A stretch of 64,000 nt of DNA from Octopus vulgaris (Eukaryota), in NCBI GenBank assembly GCA_951406725.2, contig OX597824.1:33356001-33420000 (forward strand), read 5' to 3'. The notes beneath the pieces are model-generated. The model was not told where the DNA came from. It saw nothing but the letters and a program-made list of their open reading frames with translations, and made no database searches. Of this stretch, positions 27,991-43,398 are shown one piece after another. A program made the position numbers and the translations under genes. How positions within the stretch are numbered: the stretch's first letter is position 1; each line of letters starts with the position of its first letter.

Positions 27991-28660
27991 TGTATGTATG
28001 TATGTATGTATGTATGTATGTATGTATGTTTGTGTATCTGTGTTTGTCCCCCCAACATCGCTTGAAAACTGATGTTGGTGTGTTTACGTCCTCGTAACTT
28101 AGCGGTTCGGCAAAAGAGACCGATAGAATAAGTACTCTTCTTAGAAAGAATAAGTTCTGGGGTCGATTTTCTCGACTAAAGGCGGTGCTCCAGCATGGCC
28201 ACAGTCAAATGATAAACAAATAAAAGAGTAAAAGAGTAAAGAGTAGCCTTTTCCCATATAATAACGCTCCACAGTCCCTGAACTTCACCCAGCCAAGGTC
28301 TCGCTCTTACTGTCACAGCTGCTTCACATCCGCTTACATCCACCCTATCTCCCAAATAACAAAACCCTCTCACCGTTTCCACCACCGGTTCCTCCTGCCC
28401 TCTAGCTCCTTCCTCACATCTGCAAACAAACTCTTGCCAATCTTGGGGTCACCTTCATTTTCGTACATCTACAATGAATCCATTTCGCACATCTCGTATA
28501 CAACACTGCAATTGCCATTACCCTCCTCCCACATACTCCACATGGACCCACCTTACTCACTAACACTTCTCCTTCCACCCCTCACACCATCACCCTTGTC
28601 TTCCCGAGGTTTACCTTCAAACCCTTGCTTTCAAACACCTTCCACTTCCGAAACTTCTCA
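27475..28660 (-). mobile_element. Decayed RTE-clade LINE ORF fragment, split by SINE A
   Basis: Minus strand FESKGLKVNLGKT...VETVRGFCYLGDRV...YGK|...SCVRAAMLYGSERWCL...LRWYGHVLRRDEEHVL. Confidence 0.88.
27771..28245 (+). mobile_element. SINE family A, full length, inside RTE
   Basis: RTE sequence resumes across it with at most 1-2 bp duplicated. Confidence 0.93.
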
Positions 28661-28740
28661 CTCATATGCGTATCTATCTATCTATCTATCTTTACGCACA
28701 CTCACATACAAGCACATGAATATATGTACGTATGTATGTA

Positions 28741-28810
<70 letters not shown>

Positions 28811-28820
28811 CATATACATA

Positions 28821-28923
28821 CGAGGGGTGTATGAAAAGTTTTGAGCCTTGAAGTCTTGTACCTTAATCAGAAGTCTTGCACCATTTTTTTTTCTTGAGGC
28901 TCAAGACTTTTCATACACCTCTC

Positions 28924-28924
<1 letters not shown>
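28821..28924. mobile_element. 104-bp mariner-type MITE
   Basis: TA TSD; TIRs cgaggggtgtatgaaaagttttgagcct / aggctcaagacttttcatacacctctcg. Confidence 0.88.
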
Positions 28925-28994
<70 letters not shown>

Positions 28995-29289
28995 CATATA
29001 TACGCATACATACATGTTTATATGTGAATACATGTATGTATATATGTATGTATGTATTACGTCATGTTAAATCATATCTCCTCGCTGCTTCATCTCTGCC
29101 ACCTTTTTTTCTGTTTTTCCTTCTTTTATCTAAAATAATGTCTTCTAACTACATTTATCACCCCTAATTACATTATTATTATTATTATTATTATTATTGT
29201 TGTTGTTGTTGTTGTTGTTTGTAAATCCCTTGCCGGGTTCAAATATTGGTGGCTAACGCATGTTCAAAACTAAGAATCATATATGATTC

Positions 29290-29491
29290 TTTATCTTTTT
29301 ATCCTTTTACTTGTTTCAATCATTTAACTGTGGCCATGCTGGAGCACTGCTTTAAAGGGTTTTAGTCGGGAAAAAAATCGAACTTTGTAAGTCTAGTACT
29401 TATTCTATCGTTCTTTTTTACCCAACCACTAAGTTACGTAAACACACCAGCATCGGTTGTCAAGTGATAGTGGGGGGGGGGGACAAACACA

Positions 29492-29531
<40 letters not shown>

Positions 29532-29703
29532 CATATATACAATGGGTTTCTTTCAACTTCCGTCTACGAAATCCAATCACAAATACTTGGCCGGCCCGAG
29601 ACTATAGTAGAAGACACTTGCCCCAGGTGCCACGCAATGGAACTGAACTCGAAACCATGTGGCTGGTAAGTAAGCTACTTACCACACAGCCACGTCTGCG
29701 CCT
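29290..29703 (-). mobile_element. SINE family A
   Basis: Reverse-complement homology. Confidence 0.87.
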
Positions 29704-30039
29704 ATGATAGTAACAGTCTGTATAGAAATACAGGTATGATTGTAAAAAACCTCTATGTTGCTACACGTATGATAGTAACAAATCTTCTATGCAACTACAG
29801 GTATGATAGTAAGCACCTGTATGTAATTACAAATATGAAAATAAATACCTGAATGTAAATATGGCATAATTAGAAAATACTTGTATTTAATTACAGGTAT
29901 GAAATTAAAACCATTAACCACACATTAAGGTCCAAAATCTCGGACGCTTCATTATTTCATTTATTATACGTTGTCATGGAAACGTGTCAGCACTGAATGC
30001 AAATAGATAGTATATCAGCTAAAGATAATGGCTGCCAGC

Positions 30040-30240
30040 GAGAAGATCAGAACGAGGACGTCTCCACGTGGTCAATCTATCAGCTAGAAATAGATGCCAA
30101 ATCCCCTTCAAATCGCACACTGGCGTCGTTTGTTAAGAAAAGAACACACTGGATACATTGGTGCCGATGTGGCAATGACTAGAATATTTTTTATTGTTAT
30201 AGATCTACTTGATCATCCTTGACCTAGGGCTAAACATCGA
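30040..30240 (+). repeat. Dispersed repeat family E (unclassified, old)
   Basis: Shares ...atagatct(a/g)ct(t/g)gatca...cct(a/g)ggg(c/t)taaac with 41920-42085(+) and, more weakly, 36200-36380(-). Confidence 0.5.
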
Positions 30241-30337
30241 ATCTCGGTATTATAAATAATGCATTCAGTAACTATACGTTATCTATATATTATACAAGAT
30301 ATATTATTATATATGCCATATATATATATATATATAT

Positions 30338-31418
<1,081 letters not shown>

Positions 31419-31829
31419 AAGCGAAAACCCATGGAAATTTTAGGTCGTATAAATCTCATTTGAATTTTGATGCATAAACTTCTAGATTTTTCACATTATT
31501 ATTTCATTACATTTAAGGTTTCAGCTGTTTTCGATTTTTGCTCCACAGTTTTAAGTTGTTAAATGCATAACACTCGAGCACTTACAATAATATTGGTTTC
31601 AAATGCTGGCTGGCACAATGGGGAGTGGGTCAGTCGATGACATCGGCCTCAGTACTTGAATAGTACTTTATTTTATCGACCCCGGAAGGCAGAGTTGATT
31701 TCGGCGCAATTCAAACCCAGTTTGAAGAAATGCCGCTCAGCATTTTGACTGGCACCGTTGCAGATTCTGCCAGCTCGCCGCCTCAATATTTTAGAGGTTA
31801 TTTATGTATTTTTCTCAAGTCTCATTCCC

Positions 31830-31892
31830 ACCATCACCATCACCATCATCACCATCATTACCATTATCACCATCATCACTATTTTCACCATA

Positions 31893-31926
<34 letters not shown>

Positions 31927-31970
31927 CGACGACGACGACCACCACCATCATCATCGTCATCATCATAATC

Positions 31971-32025
<55 letters not shown>

Positions 32026-32040
32026 ACAACAACAACATCA
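31830..32040. repeat. (CAT)n/(CAC)n trinucleotide microsatellite
   Basis: Direct reading. Confidence 0.95.
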
Positions 32041-32764
32041 CTACTGTTCTATTCTTCAGACACTACAGCGTGGTTACGAAAGAACTACTTTTCACAGCCA
32101 CGTGATTCCAGGTTCGATCCCATAGTATGGTACTTGATCAGATATGTTTCATCGTACCTTCTGATCGACCAATTAGAAATCTTCATAGTCCTTGTCTGCT
32201 TTCAGTCATTGAATTACAGCTATGTTGGGGGCAACACCTTCAAATGATTTTAGTCGATTATATCTATATATCTTTAACCGAGTTCTTATTTTATCGATCT
32301 CTATTTATCAAATTGCTAAGTTACCTTAATAACAGAAACGGACGCAACTTGACAAACCAGTTTCCTCTGGTATACACAAACATAAACGCACACTTACACA
32401 CACACACACACATTGTGACAGAAGGGGCTATGAGCCAGAAGATTGCTTGGAGACACATGCATAGACACATATCTTTACAGTAAAAAACTATTAGTAGCTC
32501 TTGTCGTTATACGTGTATATAATATGTGTGTGCGTGAGCATGTATGGTGTGTAACGTACTTCCGCATAGTTTCTACCGAGAAAATTCCACTCACATGTTC
32601 AGTTCAATGCTACAATAGATGACACTTGTTTAAGGGTGCCGTGTATTGAAATCGAGCCGAATGTTACTTGGATGCAAAGCGCCAACTTTTGATCATGCTG
32701 CTATGCATGCACCTCAACAGCTTGTTAACTTTTCACTTGAGTAATTTAAAAGACTTCACCACAG

Positions 32765-33350
32765 AGTCGAGCCATCTTTGCAGTGTGGTGACTAGTGTGC
32801 CTCAGTGACCCAGAGAGCTACACCAGCAGAGTGCATGCTCCAGGAAGGGCCCTCCCCCATGTTGGACAGGTGAAAGGATACAGACCGGATACTGCTTCCC
32901 AGAGGTGGGAATAGGTTTGTATAGGGCCAATAACCCTTCCTAGAAAACAAAGCAAAGTTAGAAAGACGTCAATGACAATTCAAAACCAACAACACTAAGG
33001 AGAGGAAAGTTTTCCTTCAGGGAAACATATAACGCGGCGCAGCAAAATCCGAAAGGAAGCTGCAGAGAGCTGAAAAAGCAGGGATTCAACTGGAGAGAAC
33101 CCGGAATTTAGTCTGTCTTTACGTTCTGAGTTCAAATTCCGCCGAGGTCGACTTTGCCTTTCATCCTTTCGGGTTACGCACTGGGATCGATGTAATCGAC
33201 TTAATCCCTTTGTCTGTCCTTGTTTGTCCCCTCTAGGTTTAGCTCCTTGTGGGCAATAAAGAAATAAGAAAAGACAACCCGGAATCGAGAACAGGAAAAG
33301 AAATCGTAGATGGCTAATGTTCTGCAGAAGGCGAAGGGCTTATCAACGAC
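32765..33350 (+). mobile_element. Internally deleted (bipartite) RTE-derived element containing a truncated SINE B (33110-33266)
   Basis: 5' part resembles RTE 5' UTRs (gtgtgcctcagtgacccagagagcta...ggacaggtgaaagg); 3' part encodes ELKKQGFNWRE...KEIVDG*CSAEGEGL like RTE termini. Confidence 0.55.
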
Positions 33351-33462
33351 AACAATCTAAAGGACTTTTAGTATAGGTGCTAAACTTCGATCGCAAGTTT
33401 TCCTTGGCCAACGTCATCTTCAATTACAGAGTGTTTGTTTTAAATAAAAGACATTATCCATA

Positions 33463-34338
33463 TCTATTATATAAAATCCATTCTGTCTGTGTGTGTGGCT
33501 TCTAGGATCTCGGGCATCCTCCATCTGATTGCGCTCAGATTTGATATGTAGATATCGACGGTATCAGGACGTGTATAAGTTTGTAAAAAATTACAAAAAT
33601 CGATTCCAGGTGAGAATGCGATCGATAAAGCCGTGGGAAGGTGCATTTGTAAAATCGTTTTTCTTGGAATAGAAAAAAAAGTCTATCTTTATTTCTTCTT
33701 TTGCTGGTGTCTCAAATTTAGGTTAAATCAGTGTTTCTCAAAGGGGAGGCCTATGGGACGGTCGGACAAGTTGTTTTGAGAAAATTTGGTTTAAATGTTT
33801 GACAACTCAGCACCGTCCATTGGAGGGGGGCGTTTTGCTCGTATATTATAACTTCGCATCAGTATCGATAACTTTGATTCTCTTAATACTTTTCTCTATT
33901 TCACAATTTTTTCAATTTACTTCCGTTTAATCTATCTTGCTAATTCCAGTTTCTCTGTCAACAGACCAATAGCCATTCCGTTCCTCTTCGTCTGAAATCC
34001 CCTAATAAATACTTAAGCTAACTTGTACAAAAAGAACCTCTGTAGTAATTAGAACTTATAACGATGTACTTTGTCTCTAATCTCTATAATTAATTTCGAT
34101 AAAACGTTTCCCTGTGATTACTCAAACTGTTGTAATAAGTAGCTAAACTCCATTCAAATGTTACTCTACTATCTTAAAATGGATGTCTTCGGTAATATAA
34201 GTTTGAACATAGTATCAAACACCGGATGTTTCGAATATTAGATTTGTGAATTATGTTAGAAGAGGAGGCAAGTTGGTCACGATTTGAACGCTTTTAAGTG
34301 TGGAATCCGCAGCAAACAATTATGTGGGTCGCCTCTAG
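33463..34338 (+). mobile_element. Non-autonomous Helitron
   Basis: A|TCTATTATATAAAA start, sub-terminal hairpin atccgca..tgtgggt, CTAG|T end, no TSD. Confidence 0.7.
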
Positions 34339-34987
34339 TCATTCGGCCAATAGCCTTGCCTTGTTTTAGCTCAGCCTGATCAGAGCTGAGATGGAGCTAT
34401 ACAACAATAACACCTACAGTAACAACAGCAACAACAGATGTTTTCCATTTAGGAAAAAGTGTATGTAGTCAATCAAATCAATTTTACTATATTACAGGCA
34501 TTGGGTAATTTTCCAGGGGTGACCTCTGCATGAAGAACATATTGTTAAGCGCAGTATGGTATACATAATGTGGCGAATTAAAAAGAGTGTTCAATCAATC
34601 AAGCCAGTAATGAGAAAGAAACTCATTCTCGTTAATGACATTTGTTGTTAAGGGAGCCAAGGGACAAAATTCTAAAATATGAATTGATTAAAAATTAAAT
34701 AGATAGATACAATTGGGAGTTAGCCTGATCTTCGTTATGTTACAGTAAAAGTTTTAGTAATTACATGTTTACATTAATTAACATACATTTATCGTAATTA
34801 TTAAAATGTCGGACTCACTGCATATTGTTTTTCTCCATTGAATTGTTTTTCTGTTCAAATTTCGAAGTTCTCTCCTTTGCCACTCTAAGCAAGAAAATTA
34901 TCATTAACGCTAATGAACTTTTATTTTTATTACTTTCATTACAAGATTTTTACTCACTAAATTAAATATGCTAAATTCAACTTAGTA

Positions 34988-35644
34988 TAAGGTTGTCAGA
35001 TAAATTCGTCCTTCCCCTACCATTTATTTTAATTCTTTCCAATATCATTTAAATTAACACAAAAAAAATCATTTTTATCATAGTATTTTATGTATTTGTA
35101 GCTCTGTCCTTCTTCTGTGGTGGAAGCACTCCGTCGGTTACGACGACGAGGGTTCCGGTTGATCCGATCAACGGAACAGCCTGCTCGTGAAATTAACGTG
35201 TAAGTGGCTGAGCACTCCACAGACACGTGTACCCTTATCGTAGTTTTCGGGGATATTCAGCGTGACACAGAGAGTGACAAGGCCGGCCCTTTGAAATACA
35301 GGTACAATAGAAACAGGAAGTAAGAGTGAGAGAAAGTTGTGGTGAAAGAGTACAGCAGGAATCACCACCATCCCTGCCGGAGCCTCGTGGAGCTTTAGGT
35401 GTTTTCGCTCAATAAACACTCACAACGCCCGGTTTGGGAATCGAAACCGCGATCCTACGACCGCGAGTCCGCTGCCCTAACCACTGGGCCATTGCGCCTC
35501 CTCAATGTCCTTCTTCTACAACTTTTGCTAATCATTTCTTTTTTAATTTGAACAAATTTTGCCTTTTTCCAGACATATGGCAATAGAGCGCCAAGAAGAA
35601 AAGGAAAAAGAAGAAAGGACGAACGAATTTATCTGACAGCCAAA
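34988..35644. mobile_element. Mariner-type MITE interrupted by SINE C
   Basis: TA|taaggttgtcagataaattcgt and acgaatttatctgacagccaaa|TA. Confidence 0.75.
35117..35505 (-). mobile_element. SINE family C, full length
   Basis: 12-bp TSD tgtccttcttct at 35105-35116 and 35506-35517. Confidence 0.93.
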
Positions 35645-36419
35645 TATATTAGTGTTACTCATTTTATCTCAGAATAAAAAATAAGCTAGCCATCAGCAAA
35701 TTTGAACTGAGAACATAAAAAATCAAAACTAAATGTTGTAAAAGAGAAAACCACAACAAATCATTACTGCAAGCCTACTGCCCTCTCTTCCTCACTCATT
35801 AATTACTCCCATACAGACCCATATCTCTCTATTGGAACTTCTGGCATTTTACCTAACTTTGTTAGTATTTTTCTTTCAATAGTCATTGATCTAACTTTGG
35901 TGTTGTACTTGCTAAAATGCTAGAATGCTGCAATTACGGTTTTAGCACAGTTATAGTGCATATCAATATCATTGCTGTTGGTGTTACTTAATGATATGAT
36001 ATAGCCGCTCTCTGCATAACGGGAGTTGGAGGGAACCATATCTTAGCGTCACATATTCAATAAGATGAAGCTATTTTTGGTATTGAATAAACCCAGTCAA
36101 TTCTACTTCAGCACAACTTGCAGTACAAGATAGGACAATCGAATTAAGCGTTTACATGGTGTCTTCAGCATTGACCTTCGATCGATATAATAATGTTAGA
36201 TGTGGTTATTGATTAGGCCCTGTGTCAGCCCTACAGGAGCAGACGAATGATCAAAGACATCCCAGCTGGGATTATACCATCTTGTCTTTCTTCTTTCTCA
36301 GACAAAATATAACATGTACTACGTCATCAAATGTGTCCTTGATTTTTTGTTTGTTTCAAGGGTGTTAGACAAGAAAGATTTAGCTTCCCCGTGGTGCATA
36401 ATGAAATTATATATATATA

Positions 36420-36638
36420 TAGTTAATCGAAACATGAAAACAGAAAGAGAAAACACAACAACGCGAAGACGTGGAACAAGTATTGTGTTATTGGATGCGT
36501 AGTAGGAAAGGAAAGAAAGAAGGAGGATTTAACGTTTCGAGCGGAGCTCTTCGTCAAAAACATAGGAAAAGGAAAGATCCAAGGAAGGGAAGACGGAAGA
36601 AAAAAATCGTCAACGATACATACGCGATCACATATTGA

Positions 36639-36640
<2 letters not shown>
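36420..36640 (-). mobile_element. Penelope-like mini-element with minimal hammerhead (core about 36528-36560), between TA tracts
   Basis: Minus strand TTGACGA-agagc-tcc-gctc-GAAA-cgtta; C3 mutated. Confidence 0.6.
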
Positions 36641-36717
<77 letters not shown>

Positions 36718-36943
36718 GTAGGTAGGTTCTACCTATCTACCAAGCATTCACAAAGGAAGAGACAGAGACAGACAGACAATTTGAAGACTATGGAAATATT
36801 TACAAAACATTTTACTTAATTTTTTTCTACAATTGAATTGTTTTTCTTATTTTACTCTTAGTTGAAAACATTTTAGCATTTCTACCTTGTCTTATTTTCT
36901 TTATACATATCAAGTAATGTTACTTTTCTACCTTCTACATATA

Positions 36944-36994
<51 letters not shown>

Positions 36995-37166
36995 AAAAAT
37001 ATATATATATGTATATATATATATATACATACAGATACACAAACACGCACACGCGCACACACTCACTCATACTCACATGCACATATATATACATACATAT
37101 CATCATCATCATCATTATCGTACCACCAGATACAAGGCATGGTGCGTATAGTAATGTGTCATGCCT

Positions 37167-37292
<126 letters not shown>

Positions 37293-37503
37293 GTGATGAT
37301 GATGATGATTTTAGTTAATTCTAGCTTTAGAAATGCTCTTTCACTGTGTCTTCTTCCTCATCCACCCCTTTACATTTTACCCATGTACAATCTATTCCTG
37401 CTTTTCATACTCGAGGTACAACTTAGCAATGACTTCTCCAAACATTTTGTGCCCTCGTCTTTATCATCTTCGAAATATTGTCTTACTCATCATCACCATC
37501 ATC

Positions 37504-37534
<31 letters not shown>

Positions 37535-37589
37535 GCACCATCTTAATCATCAGCACCGCTATCATCATCATCATCATCATCATCAACCC

Positions 37590-37843
37590 CCGGACATAAC
37601 TGTCTCGAGAGCTAGGACTCACAAGGCCCGTTTACTTGGTTTCCATGGCGATAGGTGACCGAAACACAACTTTCCCCACGGAACGGAACAGCAGTCTTTG
37701 GCAGGATCACTCGCTTACAGCTGAGTAAACTGGAACAATGTAAAACGAAGTGTTTTACTCATGAACTCAACGCACCACCCGGTCCAGGATTCGAAACCCC
37801 GGTCTTACGATCGTGAGTGCAACACTCTGGGCCACGTGCCTTT
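37590..37843 (-). mobile_element. SINE family D
   Basis: tRNA-like head (gtttcgaatcc B box) plus CORE-like segment; (ATG)n tail at its left. Confidence 0.65.
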
Positions 37844-38029
37844 ACTTCCTTCACCCATATATCTCTCGTTTCATTCCTTCTAACATTCTTAGTGGTCTTG
37901 TGCGCTCTGTTAATAATCTTAGAGATTGCTTTTTCTCAGTCTCTTGATAAAGAGTTTTTCCCGAAACAGAATACTTTTTTCTCTAATGGATTTGATTTTT
38001 ATAAACTTTATTGAACCGATTTTGGTTTA

Positions 38030-38627
38030 CAGTGATCCCTCGTTTATCGCGGTAGATTGGTTCCGAGACCGGCAGCGATAACTGAATTTCCGCGAAGTAG
38101 GAACACCATATTTACAGTATTTATTTAACGTGTATTTGGACTTTTAAAACCCTCCCTGTACTGTTAACAACCCACCCATTACAGTAGTCTGTTAATAGCA
38201 AGGACAACAGTTAAGCAATAACACTTTAGATTTTTAAAAATAAAGATTGTTGCTGTACTCAACAGGAAAGGAGTTGAAGTAAAATTTGAATGATGATGGT
38301 GATGAATTTGCTGTGCAGTAGAAATGATGATGAAGCTGACGGCAGTGCCCTTTCTTGGGCGAGAAAGCTTGAAGCGATATGGCCGCTAGAGAGAGACAAG
38401 GAAAGATGCTGCGGATCTGAGCATCGGTCAAAGCACCAATCACAGGCCAGATTACAAAACAGAAAGCTGTGATACGTCGTCTCTCTCCATTGCACCAATC
38501 ACAGCCCGTCTTAAGTTCAAATACCCCTGTATATACTTTTTTGCTATTTTACGCTTTTGTTGTTCCTAGACTAGGAAATAATATTTATTATTGATATTTT
38601 AATAGATTTAATGAAAAAATTTAGGTG

Positions 38628-38711
<84 letters not shown>

Positions 38712-38765
38712 CCGCGAAGTCGCGAATCCGCGATAGTTGAACCGCGAAGTAGCGAGGGATCACTG
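38030..38765. mobile_element. Tigger/pogo-type MITE
   Basis: TA TSD; TIR cagtgatccctcg...cgcggt at both ends; repeated ccgcga sub-terminal motifs. Confidence 0.9.
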
Positions 38766-39864
38766 TACACGGTCAACCACTACTAGTTCTCTCAAAATTT
38801 ATTTTATACTGGAATTAATATATAAAAAATCGTAATTCTTTTTTACATGTTTAACTCTTCTCAATATGTTATGAAAACTTCATTCCGTGGGTTTTCCTTG
38901 TAGAAGAAACTTGAAGAATATGAAATCTTTTTGTTTCGTATGGTGGCTTTCACTTATCTCTACCATTCTACAGATGTTTGGAGCGACAATGTAATATGCT
39001 CTTGAACAAGCTCAGTGCCTAACTTTCATCGTTCTTAATAGAGGTGGGAGGAAGGGCCAATGAAATTCTAGTCAAGAACTGTTATTGTTGAAATCAACAC
39101 CTCCCCTCCTTCTCTTCCTTTTCTTCCTCTTCCTCAGCCCCCTTTCTCCTCCTCCCTCCTCCTCCACCTCCTCCTTCTCCTCCCCATTCAAGACTGTGCG
39201 GCCCGTGCCTATGTTACACGAAAAATATGGATAGAAACCCTTTCTACTATAGGCACAAGGCCTGAAATTTGTGGGCGGGGCTAGTCATTTTTTTTAATCA
39301 ACCCCTAGAGTGATGAAAGTCGTCTTCGGCAGAATTTGAACTCAGAACGTTAAAACGGTCGAAATGCCGCGAAGCATTTTGTCCGGCGCATTAATGATTC
39401 TGCTATCTCACCACCTTAAAAATATGGGTATTAATGAACAGGGCCAACAGTTGTTTATGCTTTTATCCTTACAAATGCTGCTAAAATCTATTAAATAAAT
39501 ACAATATTTTGGATTAAGTTTTGATGGCCCTTAATGTCCATTACAGTACTTATTTTTCATTTTAAATCTGGCACTTATCCTATCGTTTTCTTTTACCGAA
39601 CCACTAAGTCACAGGAACGTAAACAAACAAACACCGGTTGTGAAGCGGTAGTAGGGGGTACGAACTCAGGAACAAACATACTTACACAGAAGCCGATAGG
39701 CTTCTGCACAGTTTCCATTTACCGAATTCACTCACAAGGCATTGGTCGGCCCGAGACAATAGTAGAAGATACTTACTCAGGGTACCGCAGAGCGGGGAGT
39801 AAACCTGAAACCACGTGCTGCAAAGTGAGCTTCTTAATTACACAACCTATAACCTATATATAAT

Positions 39865-40248
39865 ATAGGTTTCAATTTTGAGCACAAGGTCAGCAATTTC
39901 AGGGTACTGGTCAAGTCGATTACTAGTAATTATTTTATTGACGTCGAAAAGAGATCGAAGACGAAGTCGACGTAGGCTGAATTTGAACTCAGAACGTAAA
40001 GACGGACGAAATACCTACTTCTTTACTACCCACAAGGGGCTACACACAGAAGGGATGAACAAGGACAGACAAACGGATTAAGTCGATTATATCGACCCCA
40101 GTGCGTAACTGGTACTTATTTAATCGACTCCGAAAGGGTGAAAGGCAAAGTCGACCTCGGCGGAATTTGAACTCACAACGTAGCGGCAGACGAAATACCG
40201 CTAAGCATTTCGCCCGGCGTGCATACGATTCTGCCAGCTCACCGCCTT
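39865..40248 (-). mobile_element. SINE B'+B dimer
   Basis: Junction gaaatac|ctacttc near 40014. Confidence 0.87.
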
Positions 40249-40274
40249 CCTAATAAGTGAAATTTAAAAACAAT

Positions 40275-40305
<31 letters not shown>

Positions 40306-40662
40306 GAAAATGCCGAAAATTACGACTGTCCATGTTGTGTTATTTTGTTTCAGATATTTTTGTGCAAATGTACAAGAGAGGAAAAGTTTTTTTGATTGAA
40401 TAAAGAATAAAGATTTACAGATACATTATCAGTCATTATTCCAAACACATGTACTTCTAGTAATATGATATTACAAGCAGAAATTTAGCATATTGAATGA
40501 CTATTTCCCTTATATAATCGATACTTTCTTCGCCTTCCTCTATTGGTATAACAATATGAAGTTTCAGGGAATATTTGGTGTAGAATTAACAGCAGAACGT
40601 TTGGTGAATTCAGTTTGTTTTCTCTCTGTTTTACCATCATATTGTAATGCATAGCAACTGTT

Positions 40663-41200
<538 letters not shown>

Positions 41201-41326
41201 TGGATAAATATAAGTATACAGCATGGATAAGATGTAAGAAAAATTGATTTTAATGCTGTAAATGAATCCACCCAGAGTAAATACTAATGCTCTGCTAATT
41301 ATTCCTGGGTACTCCATATAGTACCC

Positions 41327-41397
41327 CATACCTAAGAATAACTGCATACCTAAGAATAACTGCATACCTAAGAATAACTGCATACCTAAGAATAACT
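41327..41397. repeat. 18-bp minisatellite x4 (catacctaagaataactg)
   Basis: Direct reading. Confidence 0.95.
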
Positions 41398-42484
41398 TTC
41401 TTTTTAAGGACTAAAAAGTACTTCAGTTATGCTCAGATACTGGCGCACTATAAACAGTGCCGTCTTAATGTATGGGTTATTCGGCACTTATCTTGGGTCG
41501 TCTCAAGTTTAAGGACCCAATGCCTGCCTATCTAACTTTCAGTTTATAGTTGAGTTTATAAGGGCCCCAGGACATTGCTATGCCATGAGCCAACACTGCT
41601 GCTGAGGTGACCCTGTCTCTAAGGACCAGGCTTAAAAAATAACTTAATAAGGACCAGGCTTAAAAAATAACTCCTAGAATCGATTTGTTTGACTAGAATC
41701 CTTCAAGCTGATGCCCCAGCATGGCCGCTGTCTAACGACGGAATCAGGATGGAAATAAAAGACAAAACACACACATACACACACACACAGGCGACGTAGA
41801 CAGAGATATATACTCTCACACAACTCTACGCACGTGATGGGAGAACCGGTATCTTCCGGTGTAGGGATTTCACGTAAACAAAAAACTCAGTAGTTACACC
41901 AATTAATTAAAATTCGATGCCGCTTTCAAAGGTCACCTTTACTATCTTTAAAAGAAGCAAGACTACGTTGGATAACATAATTAGTTCTGTACACATTATC
42001 TGAAAATAGATGGGATTGGTCATAGGTGGAACTCATGTGATCATAGATCTGCTGGATCAAAGTCGTCCTGGGGTTAAACTACAGCATAAAATTTATAACC
42101 CGATTATACTTTTACATGCATAAAGTTTGTCTCTGTGAAATGTATATATCTTATAACGTTTATTTTTTTTTTCAATCATTATACTGTGGCCATACTGGAA
42201 AGTCTTAGTCGAAGAAATCGTCACCAGTATTTTTTTTTTTTTTTTAGTCTGGTCACTTATTCTCTCGATCACTTTTACTGAAGCCGCTAATTTACGGGAA
42301 CGTAAATAAAACAACACCGGTTATTAAGCGGTGGAGATGATTGGGGTGGAGATGATTGGGGCGGAGGTGGCAAATACAGGCACACATACATAAATACATA
42401 AATATACATATATTATAAATACATACTTACATATATATATATATAATACACACACACACACACGTATGTATGTGTGTATATATA

Positions 42485-42880
42485 TATCTTTTACTTGTTT
42501 CACTCATTAGATTGCGGCCATGCTGGGGCACCGCTTTCAAGAATTTTAATCGAACGAATCGACGCCTATACGTTTTCTTAAGCCTTGTACTTATTCTATC
42601 GGACTCTTTAACTGAACCGCTAATCTATGGGGTCGTAAACACACCAACGTTGACTGTCAAGCGGTAGTGGGAAACAAACACAGATACGAACACACAAACA
42701 CACACACACACACATGTATATATACGACGGGCTTTCACACAGTTTTCTTGAACCAAATTCACTCACAAGGCATTATTCGGCCCGGGGCTATATTAGAAGA
42801 TACTTACTCAGCGTGCCACGCAGTGGGGTTGAACCAGAAATCACGTGGTTGCCAAGCGAACTTCTTAACCACATAAGCAA
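42485..42880 (-). mobile_element. SINE family A, old
   Basis: Reverse-complement homology. Confidence 0.8.
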
Positions 42881-43398
42881 GTCTAATTATAGATAAAAAC
42901 ATGTATAAAACGTAAAGTATTCGATTTTGCGGTCAATTGTATGTGTGTACCTGATCACCCGCTGATGGTTCACTCTATGCTTTTCTCCCAAATTCTATCG
43001 AACATTATATTTAGTGCTTGATAATGGAAGTTAATAGTTTCCTTAATTGTGAACAAATATTTGTTCCAAGCAAATGTGACCTACGAAATTATTTATGTTC
43101 TGCATTAAATTATATAGAAAGCATAATTGTATTCCGTGAATATAGAAACACATTTAAAATAATAAAAAAAATCTATACCATTCGTTAGTTGAAATGTATC
43201 ACACTCTTAGATGTTCCTTTGAGCTACGGATGGCTTTTCAAATGCCTGTTTGTTGTAGTTATAATTGATATCGGTAAACTATATAGTTAAAATCGATTTT
43301 ACTTACACTGTATTGATGACATATTGATCAATGAATTGTTACAATATATTATTGTGAACTCCTGACGAATGATCACTGAAAAGGTATTCCGCTAAAGG

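Noticed and set aside
31730-32125. Poly-His ORF, and poly-Glu/Lys ORFs near 37168
   Set aside because: Trinucleotide microsatellites without supported exon context.
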